NCBI RefSeq assembly: GCF_009914755.1
Contig: NC_060931.1
DNA: 64,000 bases
Strand: one strand, 5' to 3'
Origin: the human T2T-CHM13v2.0 reference genome, Homo sapiens
Shown here: positions 14,427 to 26,647 of the stretch, piece by piece
Numbering within the stretch: position 1 is the first letter of the stretch
Layout: every line of letters begins with the position of its first letter
Notes under the pieces: model-generated
Told to the model about the DNA's origin: nothing
What the model saw: only the letters and a program-made list of their open reading frames with translations
The model's database searches: none
Program-made: the position numbers and the translations under genes

Positions 14427-15007
14427 CCTGGCAATTTCTAAGACTTAAGGACAGAAATACCATTCAATCCAGCAATCCCATCACTGGGTATATACACAAA
14501 GGAGTATAAATCATTCTACCATAAAGACCCATGCACACATATGTTCATTAGAGCACTATCCGCAATAGCAAAGACATGGAATTAACCTAAATGCCCATCA
14601 ATGGTAGACTGGATAAAGAAAATGAGGTACATATACACCATGGAATACTATGTAGCCAAAGAAAGGAATGAGATCATGTCCTTTGCAAGGACACTGATGT
14701 AGCTGGAGAACATTATTCTTAACAAACTCACACAGTAACAGAAAACCAAGTACTGCATGTTCTCATGTATGAGTGGGAGCTAAATGAAGAGAACACACAT
14801 GGACATGTAGAGGGGAACAACACACACTAGGGCCTTTCAGAGGGTGGAGGTTAGGAGCAGGGAAAGCATCAAGAAAAATAACTAATGGGTGATAGGCTTA
14901 ATACCTGGGTGGTGAAATAATTCATACAACAAACCCCCATGACACAAGTTTATGTAACAAACCTGCACTTGTACCCCCGAACTTAAAATAAAAGTTAAAA
15001 AAAAGAG
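14427..15007 (+). mobile_element. Older L1PA/L1PREC 3' end, 5'-truncated
   Basis: 'acagaaataccattcaatccagcaatcccatcactgggtatatac...aacttaaaataaaagttaaaaaaaa'; TSD agaaaaac. Confidence 0.92.
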
Positions 15008-15019
15008 AGAAAAACATTA

Positions 15020-15302
15020 GGCCAGGTGGGGTGGTTCACACCTGTAATCCCAGCACCTTGGGAGGCCTAGATGGGCACATCACTTGAGACCAGGTGTTTG
15101 AAATCAGCCTGGGCAATGTGGCGAAACCCTATTCTCTCCAAAAACAAAAAAAAGTGGCTGGACATGGTGGCACATGCCTGTAGTTGCAGCTACTTTGGAG
15201 GCTGAGGTGGGAGGATAGTTTGAGCCTGGAAGATCGAGGCTTTGGTGAACAATGATTGTGCCACTGCACTCGAGCCTGAGCAACAGAGTGAGACCCTATC
15301 TC

Positions 15303-15333
<31 letters not shown>

Positions 15334-15353
15334 AAGAAAGAACAAAAAGAAAA
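15020..15353 (+). mobile_element. AluJ
   Basis: J-type features; TSD agaaaaacattag (15008-15020) / agaaaaacatcag (15354-15366). Confidence 0.93.
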
Positions 15354-15719
15354 AGAAAAACATCAGACAAATCCCATTTGATAGGCATTTACAAAACACA
15401 TGACCAGTAATCTTTAAAACTGGAAGATCATAAAACAATGAAAATCTTAGGAACTGGTATAGCCAAGAAGAGCCTAATGAAACATAATCAATAAATGTAC
15501 TACCTTGACTAGGATACTTAAATGTATATACACACACACATACAAAATAGAAAAATCCTGAGTTAACCTGACTTAAGTATGGACCATTTTTAATAATAAT
15601 GTATCAATATTAGTTCATTAATTAGGTATACAGGTATTCTCTTATGATCATTGCAGTAATTCTCTGTATCTAAAACTGTTCTAGAATAAAAAGCCTATTT
15701 GAAAATATACAAACAAACA

Positions 15720-16800
15720 TGAATACAACAAAATGTTCAAATTCATTAACATTAGGAAAATACAAATTAATACCATGATGCTAGATGACTGTCTACGTAC
15801 TGGAATAACTTAAATAATAAATACAGAGGGCTGGGTGTGGTGGCTCATGCCTGTAATTCCAGTGCTGTGAGAGGCCCAGGCAGGAGGAACACTTGAGCCC
15901 AGGAGTTCAAGACCAGCCTAGGCATCATAGAGGGACGCTGTCTCTACAATTTTTTTTTTAAATAGCACTACTGTTGTCCTAGCTACTTGGGAGGCTGAGT
16001 TGGGAGGATCGTTTGAGCCCAGCAGCTCAAGATCGCAGAGAGCTATGATCATGCCACTGCACTCCAGCCTCAATGACAGAGTGAGACCCTGTCTCTCAAA
16101 ATAAATAAAAAAATAAGTAAAGACAGAGAATGGCACGGGTTGATGAAGATATGAAACAAAGGGACCACTCATGAATTGCTTTGAGGGTTTATAATAAAAT
16201 GTCTTCAGAAAACACAGATAATCTATTTATCCTGAATAAATGCATATCCTATAAAATAACATTACAATATTTTCTCAAAGAGTTATTTCATGTAGTAATG
16301 CAGAATGTACTCACATTGAAGAGTCCAAATTCCAATCAGCACTGTGAGACAAAATATAATATGGCATAATGAGAAAATGGAATAGATTATGGCAAAAATG
16401 AACTACCACCATGTCCCAAAAAATAAAATCAATCCTAGATGATGAACAATGTTGATTAAAAACAATCAGACATCAAAGAGTGCATATTTTACAATTCCAT
16501 TTCTAAAATAGGCAAAACTAGCAGGTAGGATGCTGTCTTTGGGGTGGTGTTCACTAGATAATTCATTAAGGAGTCAACAGGCACAGTGCCTGCTTTGTTT
16601 TTTCTGTGACACCAGGGCCAAATGGCAAGCCAGCCATTATGTGTTAAATCAGAAACAGGATTAATCTTATACATTCTGACATCATTTTTATCTAAGCATA
16701 GCACTTCAAATTAGCATAGCGCTGATGGTATTCTATATTTTGGTCTATGTCTGCTCATGTGGGTGCTTTTATTTAGTGAAAAGTTCACTGAGCTAGACAA
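15720..16800 (+). mobile_element. L1ME-type 3' end, interrupted by an AluJ and by a 136-bp inverted insert
   Basis: 'ttctaaaataggcaaaactag...ggtattctatattttggtct...gtgaaaagttcactgagct' L1ME tail motifs. Confidence 0.7.
15829..16117 (+). mobile_element. AluJ (Jo-like) with internal deletion
   Basis: TSD taaatacagag (15818-15828) / taaagacagag (16118-16128). Confidence 0.92.
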
Positions 16801-17256
16801 TGTCAAGTTCTGCTGATGCTTTAGTTTGGCCCAGATTTTATGCTCCAGTCTGCATGATGCAGCCTCAAAAAATTGCTTCAAACTTTACATGCAGTTACCA
16901 AAATTAACTTAAGTACTAACTAGTAATTATTGCATACATGATGCCTTACCAGATTCTTCTCATTTAAACCTCAAAAGGGTGGCTATTATCCTGATTTTAT
17001 GCATAATTAGAGTTAAATAATATGCTTGAATGATGAAGCTCGTGATTTACAAAAGCAGAATGTACATAGTTTCACTTCCTTAATAAAGCATTGACAAATA
17101 ATTTCAGGGAAACAATAATAATGTGAAGTTGCTATGCTTAGATACGAACGATGATAGAATTCATAAGATTAATCCTGTTTCTGATTTAACACATAATGGC
17201 TGGCTTGTCATTTGGCCCTGGTGTCACAGAAAGAAACAAAGCAGACACTGTGCCTG
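16578..17256. repeat. Inverted duplication, arms 16578-16713 and 17119-17256, spacer ~405 bp
   Basis: Manual alignment: 10 substitutions plus 2 single-base indels; 45-nt perfect core; the two opposite-strand ORFs share KINPVSDLTHNGWL.IWPWCHRK. Confidence 0.95.
16920..17070 (-). mobile_element. MIR fragment
   Basis: 'ctcatttaaacctca...ctattatcctgattttat...agagttaaataat' resembles the MIR core in antisense. Confidence 0.6.
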
Positions 17257-17267
17257 CCCATGTGCGT

Positions 17268-17278
17268 TTGTGTGTGTG

Positions 17279-17311
<33 letters not shown>
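17268..17311. repeat. (TG)n microsatellite
   Basis: Direct; other (TG/CA)n runs at about 13893-13917, 19668-19707, 26493-26553 and 50461-50497. Confidence 0.98.
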
Positions 17312-17313
<2 letters not shown>

Positions 17314-18109
17314 GGGACCACAAAAATGATGTATGATTAAAAAAATGGATGCTACCTTTCTAAGTTGATTTGTCACAAAATAAACAGTTTCTTTATTGAG
17401 AGAGAAGAGCATCTAAAATTGTTGAAAGTGGATGGTTTGCAAATGGACCCATATTTTTTCTCTGAACTAGAATTCTCATTTCAAAAGTTACAATGACAGA
17501 TATGCATAGAAAAGATAACTAAGTCCTGTAAGTCATTTTATAATATCTCGAAAACATCTTTACTTTAGTACTATAGTTAGCATAAATCAATGTACCGTGG
17601 CTATTATCTATAGAGGAATCCTTTTCACATCGTTTAACTGTAATGTAAAAAAAGGGAGATTATTTTGTTTTCATTTTGGTTTTGCTCCCTCAATGTGAAA
17701 GTCGTGGGTTGAATTCACATAATGACCTCATTGTCACACAAAAAAGCCTTGAGATAAAGTAAATTAAAAAAATAATTTAATCATGACCATTATATCACAT
17801 GCTTAAATTGTAACATTTTGGTTACAATTTAACTAAAATTAAATTGTAATTTAACTAATTAAGTTACAGGGGAGGGAGGAGGAGAACCTGGCTAGTTAGA
17901 ATCCTTTTACCACCTTCTTTTTGCTGAAGAACGTACTTAGTCATCAATTTCTTCTTCATAAAAATCTACGTTATTGGCATGTTTATAGGAGCTCTGCCTG
18001 CAGCTTAAAAGTGCTTATAGGGAATTAAGCCCTTTAGCCCACATGAATTATGGGTAGCATAATCACCATTTCATATGTAATGGTGCTCAAAGCTCATTTT
18101 AAAGCTGAT

Positions 18110-18640
18110 TCACTCTTTTCTGAAAAACAAAAAATTAATGAAAAGCTACTACTAAGCATAAGGCACACAACAGACCAAGGTCCTCATCCTTGAAGAACTT
18201 ATTTTGGAGGCGATTGGGGAAGACAGCAGGGAATATACAATAAACACAATACACGTGTAAAATATATGGCATCTTAGTAGGTGATAAATGCAATACAAAA
18301 ACGAAAAATGAAGATGAGTATTGAGGGAATCAGAAGAGCTTGGGGCCAGAGTTTTTGTTTTAAATAGGATGTCAGGGTCAATCTCATTTAGAAAGTGAAA
18401 TTTGATTGACGAAGGTGAGGCACAAAGCCAAGCAAATATCTGGGGATGTCAGTTGTATTCCAGCCAGAAGGAACATTTTAGCACAAAAGCTCTAGGAGCA
18501 GCACATTTTACACCAAGTGCAAGAAGCTTAGCGTGACAAGAGAAGGAAGGGACAAGAGAAGGGTGGTAAGGGGTGAAACAGGACAGCAGTTTTGTGAGGG
18601 AGTGGCAGATGTGGCATATGGCTGACTTATTCATAAGTAC
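18110..18640 (-). mobile_element. L2 fragment
   Basis: 'cagaccaaggtcctcatccttgaagaactt...aaataggatgtcagggtcaatctcatttagaaagtgaaatttga' is antisense L2. Confidence 0.75.
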
Positions 18641-19667
18641 CCTTGTCAATTTAACAAGAAGTTAGAGGTTAAAAAGGTATTGAGAGCAAAACTAGCTGTG
18701 TATGTATACCAGTCAAAAATATGCAATGAGTCATGTTGAAATTTTATAGGGGTTCAACAAAAATACAGTTTAGCCAAATACTGAGTGATCAAGTATCCAC
18801 ATAAATTTTAACAAGAAGCTAAATATTGCTATTATAGTATGAAAGTAACAGAATAACCTAGAATTTTATCCACATTTTAATTTACCTCAACAATTATCTT
18901 TTTAAGCTGTCATTGGCTAACTATAAAAGTTTAGCATGATCCTGCAGGCACGGCAGTTCATCAACACTGTTCTTGTATTGTTGATGTCCTCACTCTGCTC
19001 CTTCTTTGCAAAACTAAGTGGACAGTCACTTTTAACTAACCCACCTAGAGGAGGAAGCAACATTTAACTAGACATGTAAAAATATGTTGATGATGAAATT
19101 GATTCCATTCTTTCTCATTGTTCCTGAGTAAAGATTTATTCATTACATTTAAAAATTATAATGCTGAAGATAATACTGTTTAATTAAAGCATTGTACAAA
19201 CGAAAGCTTTAATACTGCATGAAGATGCTTTCTAAATATTTTCAGAAGTAGATGTAAGATTGATTTTCTCATTAATATTTCCATTTCTAATATTTTTGCA
19301 TGTATTTTCTGCTTCATGTAAAATGAAACACTTTTCATATGACAAATGTTTATATTTAAACATTAATTCTAGAAATGTAGCAATGGAGTAATAAAATTGG
19401 CATTTAAGATAAAGAAAAATTACATTTAATTTTCATCTGCATGTTACCTTCCAATGCTTGTAAACAAATTTTATTATGTTCTGTAGAATAAATTTTTACA
19501 CACAAGTTCATGGAGAAATATATGGAATCTCTGGTTATGTCAGTTCAGTAATTTCTTCATCAAGTTCTAGCAAACAAACTAATTTGGTATTAGAAAGTCC
19601 TGCTACATGCTGTATTGTAATCTACACAATGTTAAAGATTTCTTTTATTCAAGCAGACCCTTTAAGG

Positions 19668-19709
<42 letters not shown>

Positions 19710-20039
19710 AACATTGTATTTGAACATCTTGCATAGGAACATCACACACTGGTTCTGAAAACCTATTGAAGATCATATAATTTGCCATTTACTGAGAATA
19801 AATGATGAAACCTATCTATTTGGTTTTGGTCAAGGATTGTGTCACATTACACTCTTCTCATTTTTAATTATTAACATATTTGTAGCCTTTAATATGTATA
19901 TTTAGATGAAGGTGTAGCACAGAAAGAGGTAAGTCATTAATTACAAGTCATCATAGTATTAAAACCAAAGGTCTTAATGGGCCAGTAGCCTCCTTATCTA
20001 ATTAATTGAAACCACCTGGCCCTTTCACTCATTTGACCA

Positions 20040-21260
20040 ATTCATTGTGAGTATAAGTGACAAAGGGAGCTTTTGAGGGGGAACTTTAGACACTGCTGTG
20101 TAGTGCTTTTTTCTCTCTGCCATAATCATATCGCATATCTGGAATACTCCTTTAGCCTGTATCCATAAATTCACTAAATATATGAAGCAGAACACTTAGA
20201 AGACTTATAAGCAATATAAACACACCACCAGCTGCTGTACAAAAAAATGCATTGTGGGAAAGTGATAAACTTTTGTGAGACTTTTGTATTGTAATCTTTT
20301 GACTTATTACTATAGTATAACTTAGCACAAGCTGACTAATATAGAAATTGGCACATAAAAGTGGAGCTATCTTAGTTAAAAAATATATATATATATATTC
20401 TGTTAATGTTGGCTAGAACAATGGCAAAATAGCAACTCATATTAATCTGTGGTAAAACATTTGACACCTTTTTAGCCTGCAAATATTTAGACAACATATT
20501 ATGTTGTCAAATATTTAAAAATTATAAAGTTGTAGAGTTGTAGTTTTATTAGGAGACAGGTTATTATGATGTGCCTTGGTTGAATTGACTATAGTAAACA
20601 AAGAACCAGAGAGAGAGAGAGAGAGAGAGAGACTCCATAAGAATTAGCGAGCTTGCAAATGAGAATAAATGGAAATAGAGACCAAACAGACATTCAGAAT
20701 TGTAAGATGCAACTATTCCTCATACTTTCTCAGTCAAAAATAAAATTCATAAGTAATTTTTGTAAGAAAGCATAATGAAAATTTAGCTTCAATGCTGAAA
20801 ATAACCTATGGCATTGCTTTCAAAATTCTTGTTAAAATGACTAAGTGAATTAAGTTTTCCTCTTCCAGAAAAACAAGTTTTCTCAAGAAAAAGAAAATAC
20901 TAGCTTTTACTTTCAAGGGAGCCTGATAAGCTCAAGTTACCTGAAATATTTCTATAGTGAGAGGCAGTTTTCAAAAATCATTGTGTGTGAAACTATTTGC
21001 TCATGGAGCAAACTGGAATCAAATAGATATAGAAACAACCATGTTTCTGAGAGAAATTCTCTGTTAAAAGAGCCAATATTCTGAATTAAAATAGACTGGC
21101 TGTTGGAGACTTGAATTGATCCTTGGACCTACAAGCATACTCGGGCAAGAAAAAAATATAGAATCCTGCTGCTAATCTCCCATAAGAACGTTTTTCTTTT
21201 AGTAAAAGAAGAATCTCCCAAAAGAAGTAGCTAAGAACCACAGAAAACAGTTGGCAAAGG
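20040..21260 (+). mobile_element. MLT1 LTR (to ~20343) followed by MaLR internal sequence
   Basis: LTR end 'aagctgactaatata' followed by 'gaaattggcac...aagtggagct', typical of an MLT1 LTR/internal junction. Confidence 0.6.
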
Positions 21261-21269
21261 AGTACTTCT

Positions 21270-21822
21270 CTTATTTGCTTATGTATTTTATATTTTCACA
21301 TTTAATTTTATTAATAATATTTTAGGAAAAAATCATTGTATATACTTATGAGGTGCTATGTGTTGTTTTGACATATGCTTACAATGTGGAATCATTAAAT
21401 CAGGCTAATTGACATATCCATCACCTCACTTATTTTTTTTTTCTAGTGAGACATTTGGAATTTAGTTTGAAATGTACAATACATTATTATTATTATTGAC
21501 TATAATCACTGTACTGTGCAATAGATCACAAAATTGTTCTTCCTGCCTAATTGAAAATATGTATTATTTGACAGGTATCTCCCCACTCCCTTCCTTTCCC
21601 CACCCAACCCCCAGCCTCTGTATTCATCATTCTACTATCTACTTTTATGAGTGAAATTATTTTTGGTATATATATGTACACGATGGAAAACTACTCAGCC
21701 TTTTAAAAGAAGAAAATTCTGTCAGTTGAGATGATGTGGATGAACTTGGATGACATTATGCAAAATGAAATAATCCAAACACAGAAAGACAATGCAGTAT
21801 CTCACTTATTTGCAGAATCTAG
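21270..21822 (-). mobile_element. L1MA 3' end with 5' inversion (21665-21822 on + strand)
   Basis: Antisense 3' UTR at 21270-21664 joined to the sense upstream segment 'tggtatatatatgtacacgatgg...gcagaatcta'. Confidence 0.85.
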
Positions 21823-22500
21823 GGTTCTATTATATAGATCTATCTTGAAGTTGACATACTCTTTCCTCAGCTGCGCTGAATCTACTGATGAGCCTGAGAG
21901 GCATTCTTCATCTTTCTTATCATTTTTTTTCCTGGTATTTCAATTTCACTGTTTCTTATAGAATTCATATTTCTACTGAAATTCTCTATCTTTAATGCAC
22001 GCCATCACCTTTTCCCCTGGAGTCTTTCTCATATTAATCATTGTAATTTTAAATGTCTGTCTGATAGTTTCAACAAATGACCACTTTGGGTTCTAGTTGA
22101 TTATAATATTTTTTAAGATACAGGTTATTAAATTTTGCTTTTTTTGCATCTCATAACCATTGGTTGAAACTGTGACACCTTGTACAGAAACTTAGACTGA
22201 GGCAAATATTATTTATGTATGGAAATTGGTATGCTTCTATTTCCAGTGGGCTTTTACCATAGTGGGTTTTGACTCAATATAATCAGCAGTTAATCTCAAT
22301 ATATTTTGCTTTTGCTAGTGTTACCTTTAATGCGTCATTAGCTTTAAACTCCTCTGGTGTTATCTTGTACTTGCTGGGGGACTGACATGTATGCTTCCTT
22401 TGCTGAAAGCCTTTCCTTTGCTTGGCACCTCAGAAAAGGCCTCTCCCTAGATTGCTGTTGCTTTAACCACTTAGTGCTGTGGTCAGTTTCTCTTATTCTT

Positions 22501-22786
22501 TTTTTTTTTTTCTTAGACAGAGTCTCCCTCTGTCGCCCAGGTAGGAGTACAGTGGCGTGCTCACTGCAACTCCTCCAGGGTTCCAGTGATTCTCCCTGCC
22601 TCAGCGTCCCAAGTTGCTGGGATTACAGGCACTGGTCACCATGCCTGGCTAATCTTTGTATTTTTAGTAGAGACAGAATTTCGACATATTGGCCAGGCTG
22701 GTCTCAAACTCCTGACCTCAGGTGATCCACCCACCTCGGCCTCCCAAAATGCTGAGATTACAGGCATGAGCCACCACTCTCGGTCT
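22501..22786 (-). mobile_element. Alu (AluS)
   Basis: Perfect TSD agtttctcttattctt on both sides. Confidence 0.95.
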
Positions 22787-22788
22787 AG

Positions 22789-23246
<458 letters not shown>

Positions 23247-25149
23247 GAAAAAATCTTCTTGTGTGAGGGTTTTATCCTTTTATCTTTCCCTCAACAAGAA
23301 TGTGTCTTTATGGGTACTTTCAGGTCAATGGGTTTTGTTGTTCTAACCTTGGATAAGAGCTTGTGAATTGGTGTGAAACCTCCAGGGGCTTCCTGTCTCA
23401 AGGGTTTTATGTTTCTCTTTAGTGCACTCTTATCTTTGAGCAATTTGTTCATAATTTTAGTTGATTTCATATTAAACACTTGTAAATTGGCTCTGTTTTC
23501 TCCTTGGCCCTGCCCTAGGTAAAGCAGTGCTTGTGTTCTATTGCTCTTTGATGGTTCTTGTCTTCCCTTAGAGTTCAAGTAGTTAGTTTCTCTATGACCT
23601 CAGCTTTCAGATATGTTCAACAATAGTTATGTTAGTGTTATTTGACTTTTATCGACTTTTCATTGTAGTTAATCAGCAACACTGTTCAGCTTATCCATAT
23701 CTTAAGCCAAAGCTGGAAGTCCATAAGACAATTTTGATTAAAATACAAATAATGGTTTGTAACTTACGTTTGTGTTTCAAATCATGCAAATCTGTTGTAG
23801 ACATACATTTATTGGTCATTATGACAAGCAAATGAAACAATTTGGTTAAACTGAAAAATATAAGACAGTGGGTGGGGGTGGAAATTAGATCGGTATTCAT
23901 GATTTCTTCAAATCTATAGGTCAATATATAATACCTTTAAATGTTTATTGACCAATAAACCAGGGAAATTTATATATACTATGTTACATTCCACTGATCA
24001 ATAAACGCTAGTTTTTGAATCTTTGTTTTCTAGAACTGTGTGAACTGTTTGTCCTATTCCATGTGGATCTCAGTGTGTACTTTGCCTATATGTCTTACTT
24101 TTAGTACTGACTCTATATTTATAACTTTGGTTTTTCTTTTTCTATTTTGTCCCTGACTTAATTTAGCAAAAAGGTCAGTGCAAAAGAATAAAACTGTATC
24201 AAGCTTGATTGAATATGAATAGATATCTACCTTGCAAGTGAAAAGAGAACAGTGTAACTTTAAAGCTAACTTTAAAGGACAATGTTAACCAGCAGCGTTG
24301 AAGACAAGAATAAAAAGAATGTATTATTGTTCCGATATTATCAGTTCTTTCTATTGAGTTCACTTTCCTTAGGCTCTTATTACTGAGAGTAATTGGGAGT
24401 AATCTTGTTCCTATATGAGGTTACTATTTTAATTATTGAATGGACTATAAATATATTTTGACAGAAATTAACCAAGGCACTTTGGCATGCATCTATCACA
24501 AAAGGTCATATTGGTTCAACCCAATTGTTGGTAATGCCCAGCTATCCTCCATTGTCCAGTATCTCAATTATTTTAATAGTTTTTCAATCATGTTACTTCA
24601 CAAAACCATTATTCACTGGGGTGAAACTAGTGCATCATTAACATTCATACCAAAGAGCAATGAAATTATAAGATGTGGGCATATAAATCATCTGTCCAAA
24701 TATTTTGCTTGCTACTTTGCACTAAATTCATAACAAATTATTTTCAGGGATATGCATGTATATTGAACCATTTTGGGGATTTAAGGTTGACTTCAATAGA
24801 GCAGTGTTTCTGATACCTTCTTAATCTCCTTAAATTAAACCGATATCATGCGAATTAGACTAATGCTTTGTTGATATTGTGCTAATATATTTACTCAAAT
24901 ATCAAAGGCCTCCAAAAAGACATTATAAAATTGTATTATGAATGGAAATTCGTTCAGGAAGTTCTGGTGGCATGGGGTATGTGAAGATAGCAAAACCATA
25001 TCTCTGATCCTCAGCTAGTAGGGTTCAAACACAACCCATGGTGATTTTTTAGTTTCTTGTAGAGCTGGAACTATTGCATTAAGCTACTTTCATACTGTTC
25101 CACAGTGTAGTACACCTGGAAGCAATTTGGCAAAGAAAAGAAAGTTTTG

Positions 25150-25390
25150 CTGGTATGAGGGAGGAGCACAGGCAAAAAATTAAGGGTTTCGATTCCAAAG
25201 GCACAGAGGATTTCAGATATTCCTTCTGTTACTTTAGGCTACTCAAGAAACTCTCAATAGCTTAGTTGACCTACCTGCAAAACATAGATAAGAATATTTG
25301 CTTCCTGTCTATCTTTAAGTTAGGTAAGACTCTTGAAAGAAATAAAAGTTCTAAAGCATCATATAGTCATAAAATATGGAGGTTATAGTC
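25150..25390 (+). mobile_element. MIR fragment
   Basis: 'gcttagttgacctacctgcaaaacatagataagaat' degenerate MIR core. Confidence 0.45.
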
Positions 25391-25583
25391 TAATTTATTT
25401 GAATTATTATGAAGCCCCTTCTCCACTACATACTACAGAATTTAACTTTACAGCAAAGATTTTTAAAGAGGTATTTTTTGTTAGCGTAACATGATTACTT
25501 CGGAAAAAAGTGAAGTTTCTAAAATTATTAATAGTCTTTAAAGAATAATAAAAACTAAGACTATTAGAAATTAAATACTTCTT

Positions 25584-25864
25584 GGCCAGGCACGGTGGCT
25601 CATGCCTGTAATCCCAGCACTTTGGGAGGCCAAGGCGGGCAGATCACGAGGTCAGGAGATCGAGACCATCCTGGCGAAAAGAGTGAAACCCCGTCTCTAC
25701 TAAAAATACAAAAAAATTAGCCGGGAGTGGTGGTGGGTGCCTGTAGTCCCAGCTACTCAGGAGGCTGAGGCAGAAGAATGGCGTGAACCTGGGAGGCGGA
25801 GCTTGCAGTGAGCCGAGATCCCACCACCGCACTCCAGCCTGGGCGACAGAGCGAGACTCCGTCT

Positions 25865-25895
<31 letters not shown>
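25584..25895 (+). mobile_element. AluY
   Basis: Y diagnostics (gagatcgagaccatcc, gaatggcgtgaacc, ggagcttgcag), 30-A tail, TSD aaattaaatacttc. Confidence 0.96.
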
Positions 25896-25897
<2 letters not shown>

Positions 25898-26335
25898 AAA
25901 TACTTCCATATTTCTGTAATTTTAACAATGTGTTGGTTTTCAAGTATTAGTTTTTCTGCAATTCTTATAATTCTTAATAAGCACTTAAAGAGATAAACAA
26001 ATAGCTTGCTAGATGGAACTGTTAACACAGGACACACCGTATTATTGACAAAGAGAGTAGCAGGGCAGTTTCTTTTGGAGGGGGAACTATGAAACTCTGT
26101 AAGACAAGTCCTGAGCTCTCTCTTTTACTCTCATGTATTTCACCTTTGAGTACATATTGATTCTCTTTTCTCTCTTTGTTATGTTGGTATAAAAACAAGT
26201 ATATACTTTCGGAAAATAATAGTATTTGCAATTTTGACATATTCCTTAAAGATAGGGATAAACAAAGGACCGTGAATATTTATAATAATTTAAGTTTATA
26301 AAGTTTAGTACTTTACAAAGAGTTCATATGTTACT

Positions 26336-26501
26336 TGTTATGAGGTCAGTTGTGTCTATATGTTGAAGTCCTAAGCCCCAATACCTCAGAGTGTGACTGT
26401 TCTTGGAGATTAGAGTTTACAAATGGTAATTAAATTAAAATAAAGTCATTAGAGTAGACTATAATCCAAGAAGACTGGATTCCTTACAAGAGAAGATTAG
26501 G

Positions 26502-26533
<32 letters not shown>

Positions 26534-26647
26534 ACACAAACACACACACACACATAGAGGAAAGACTAGGTGAAGACACAGGGAGAAGACAGCCATATGC
26601 AAGCCAAGGAATGATGTCTCGGAAGAAACCAACCCTTCTAACGTCTT
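26336..26647 (+). mobile_element. MLT1B LTR, 5' part
   Basis: 'tgaagacacagggagaagacagccatatgcaagccaagg...gaagaaaccaaccc'; continues at 34093. Confidence 0.88.

Larger units (their letters stand above)
12178..15712 (+). mobile_element. L1MC/MD ORF2 end and 3' UTR, interrupted at 14427-15353 by a younger L1 and an Alu
   Basis: 'gccactttggaagacagtttggcagtttc'; host sequence resumes 'agaaaaacatcagacaaatccc' at 15354. Confidence 0.8.

Noticed and set aside
16489-17314. Two similar peptides on opposite strands suggesting paralogous small genes
   Set aside because: A by-product of the DNA inverted duplication; non-ATG starts, frameshifts between copies, and one runs into a (TG)n repeat
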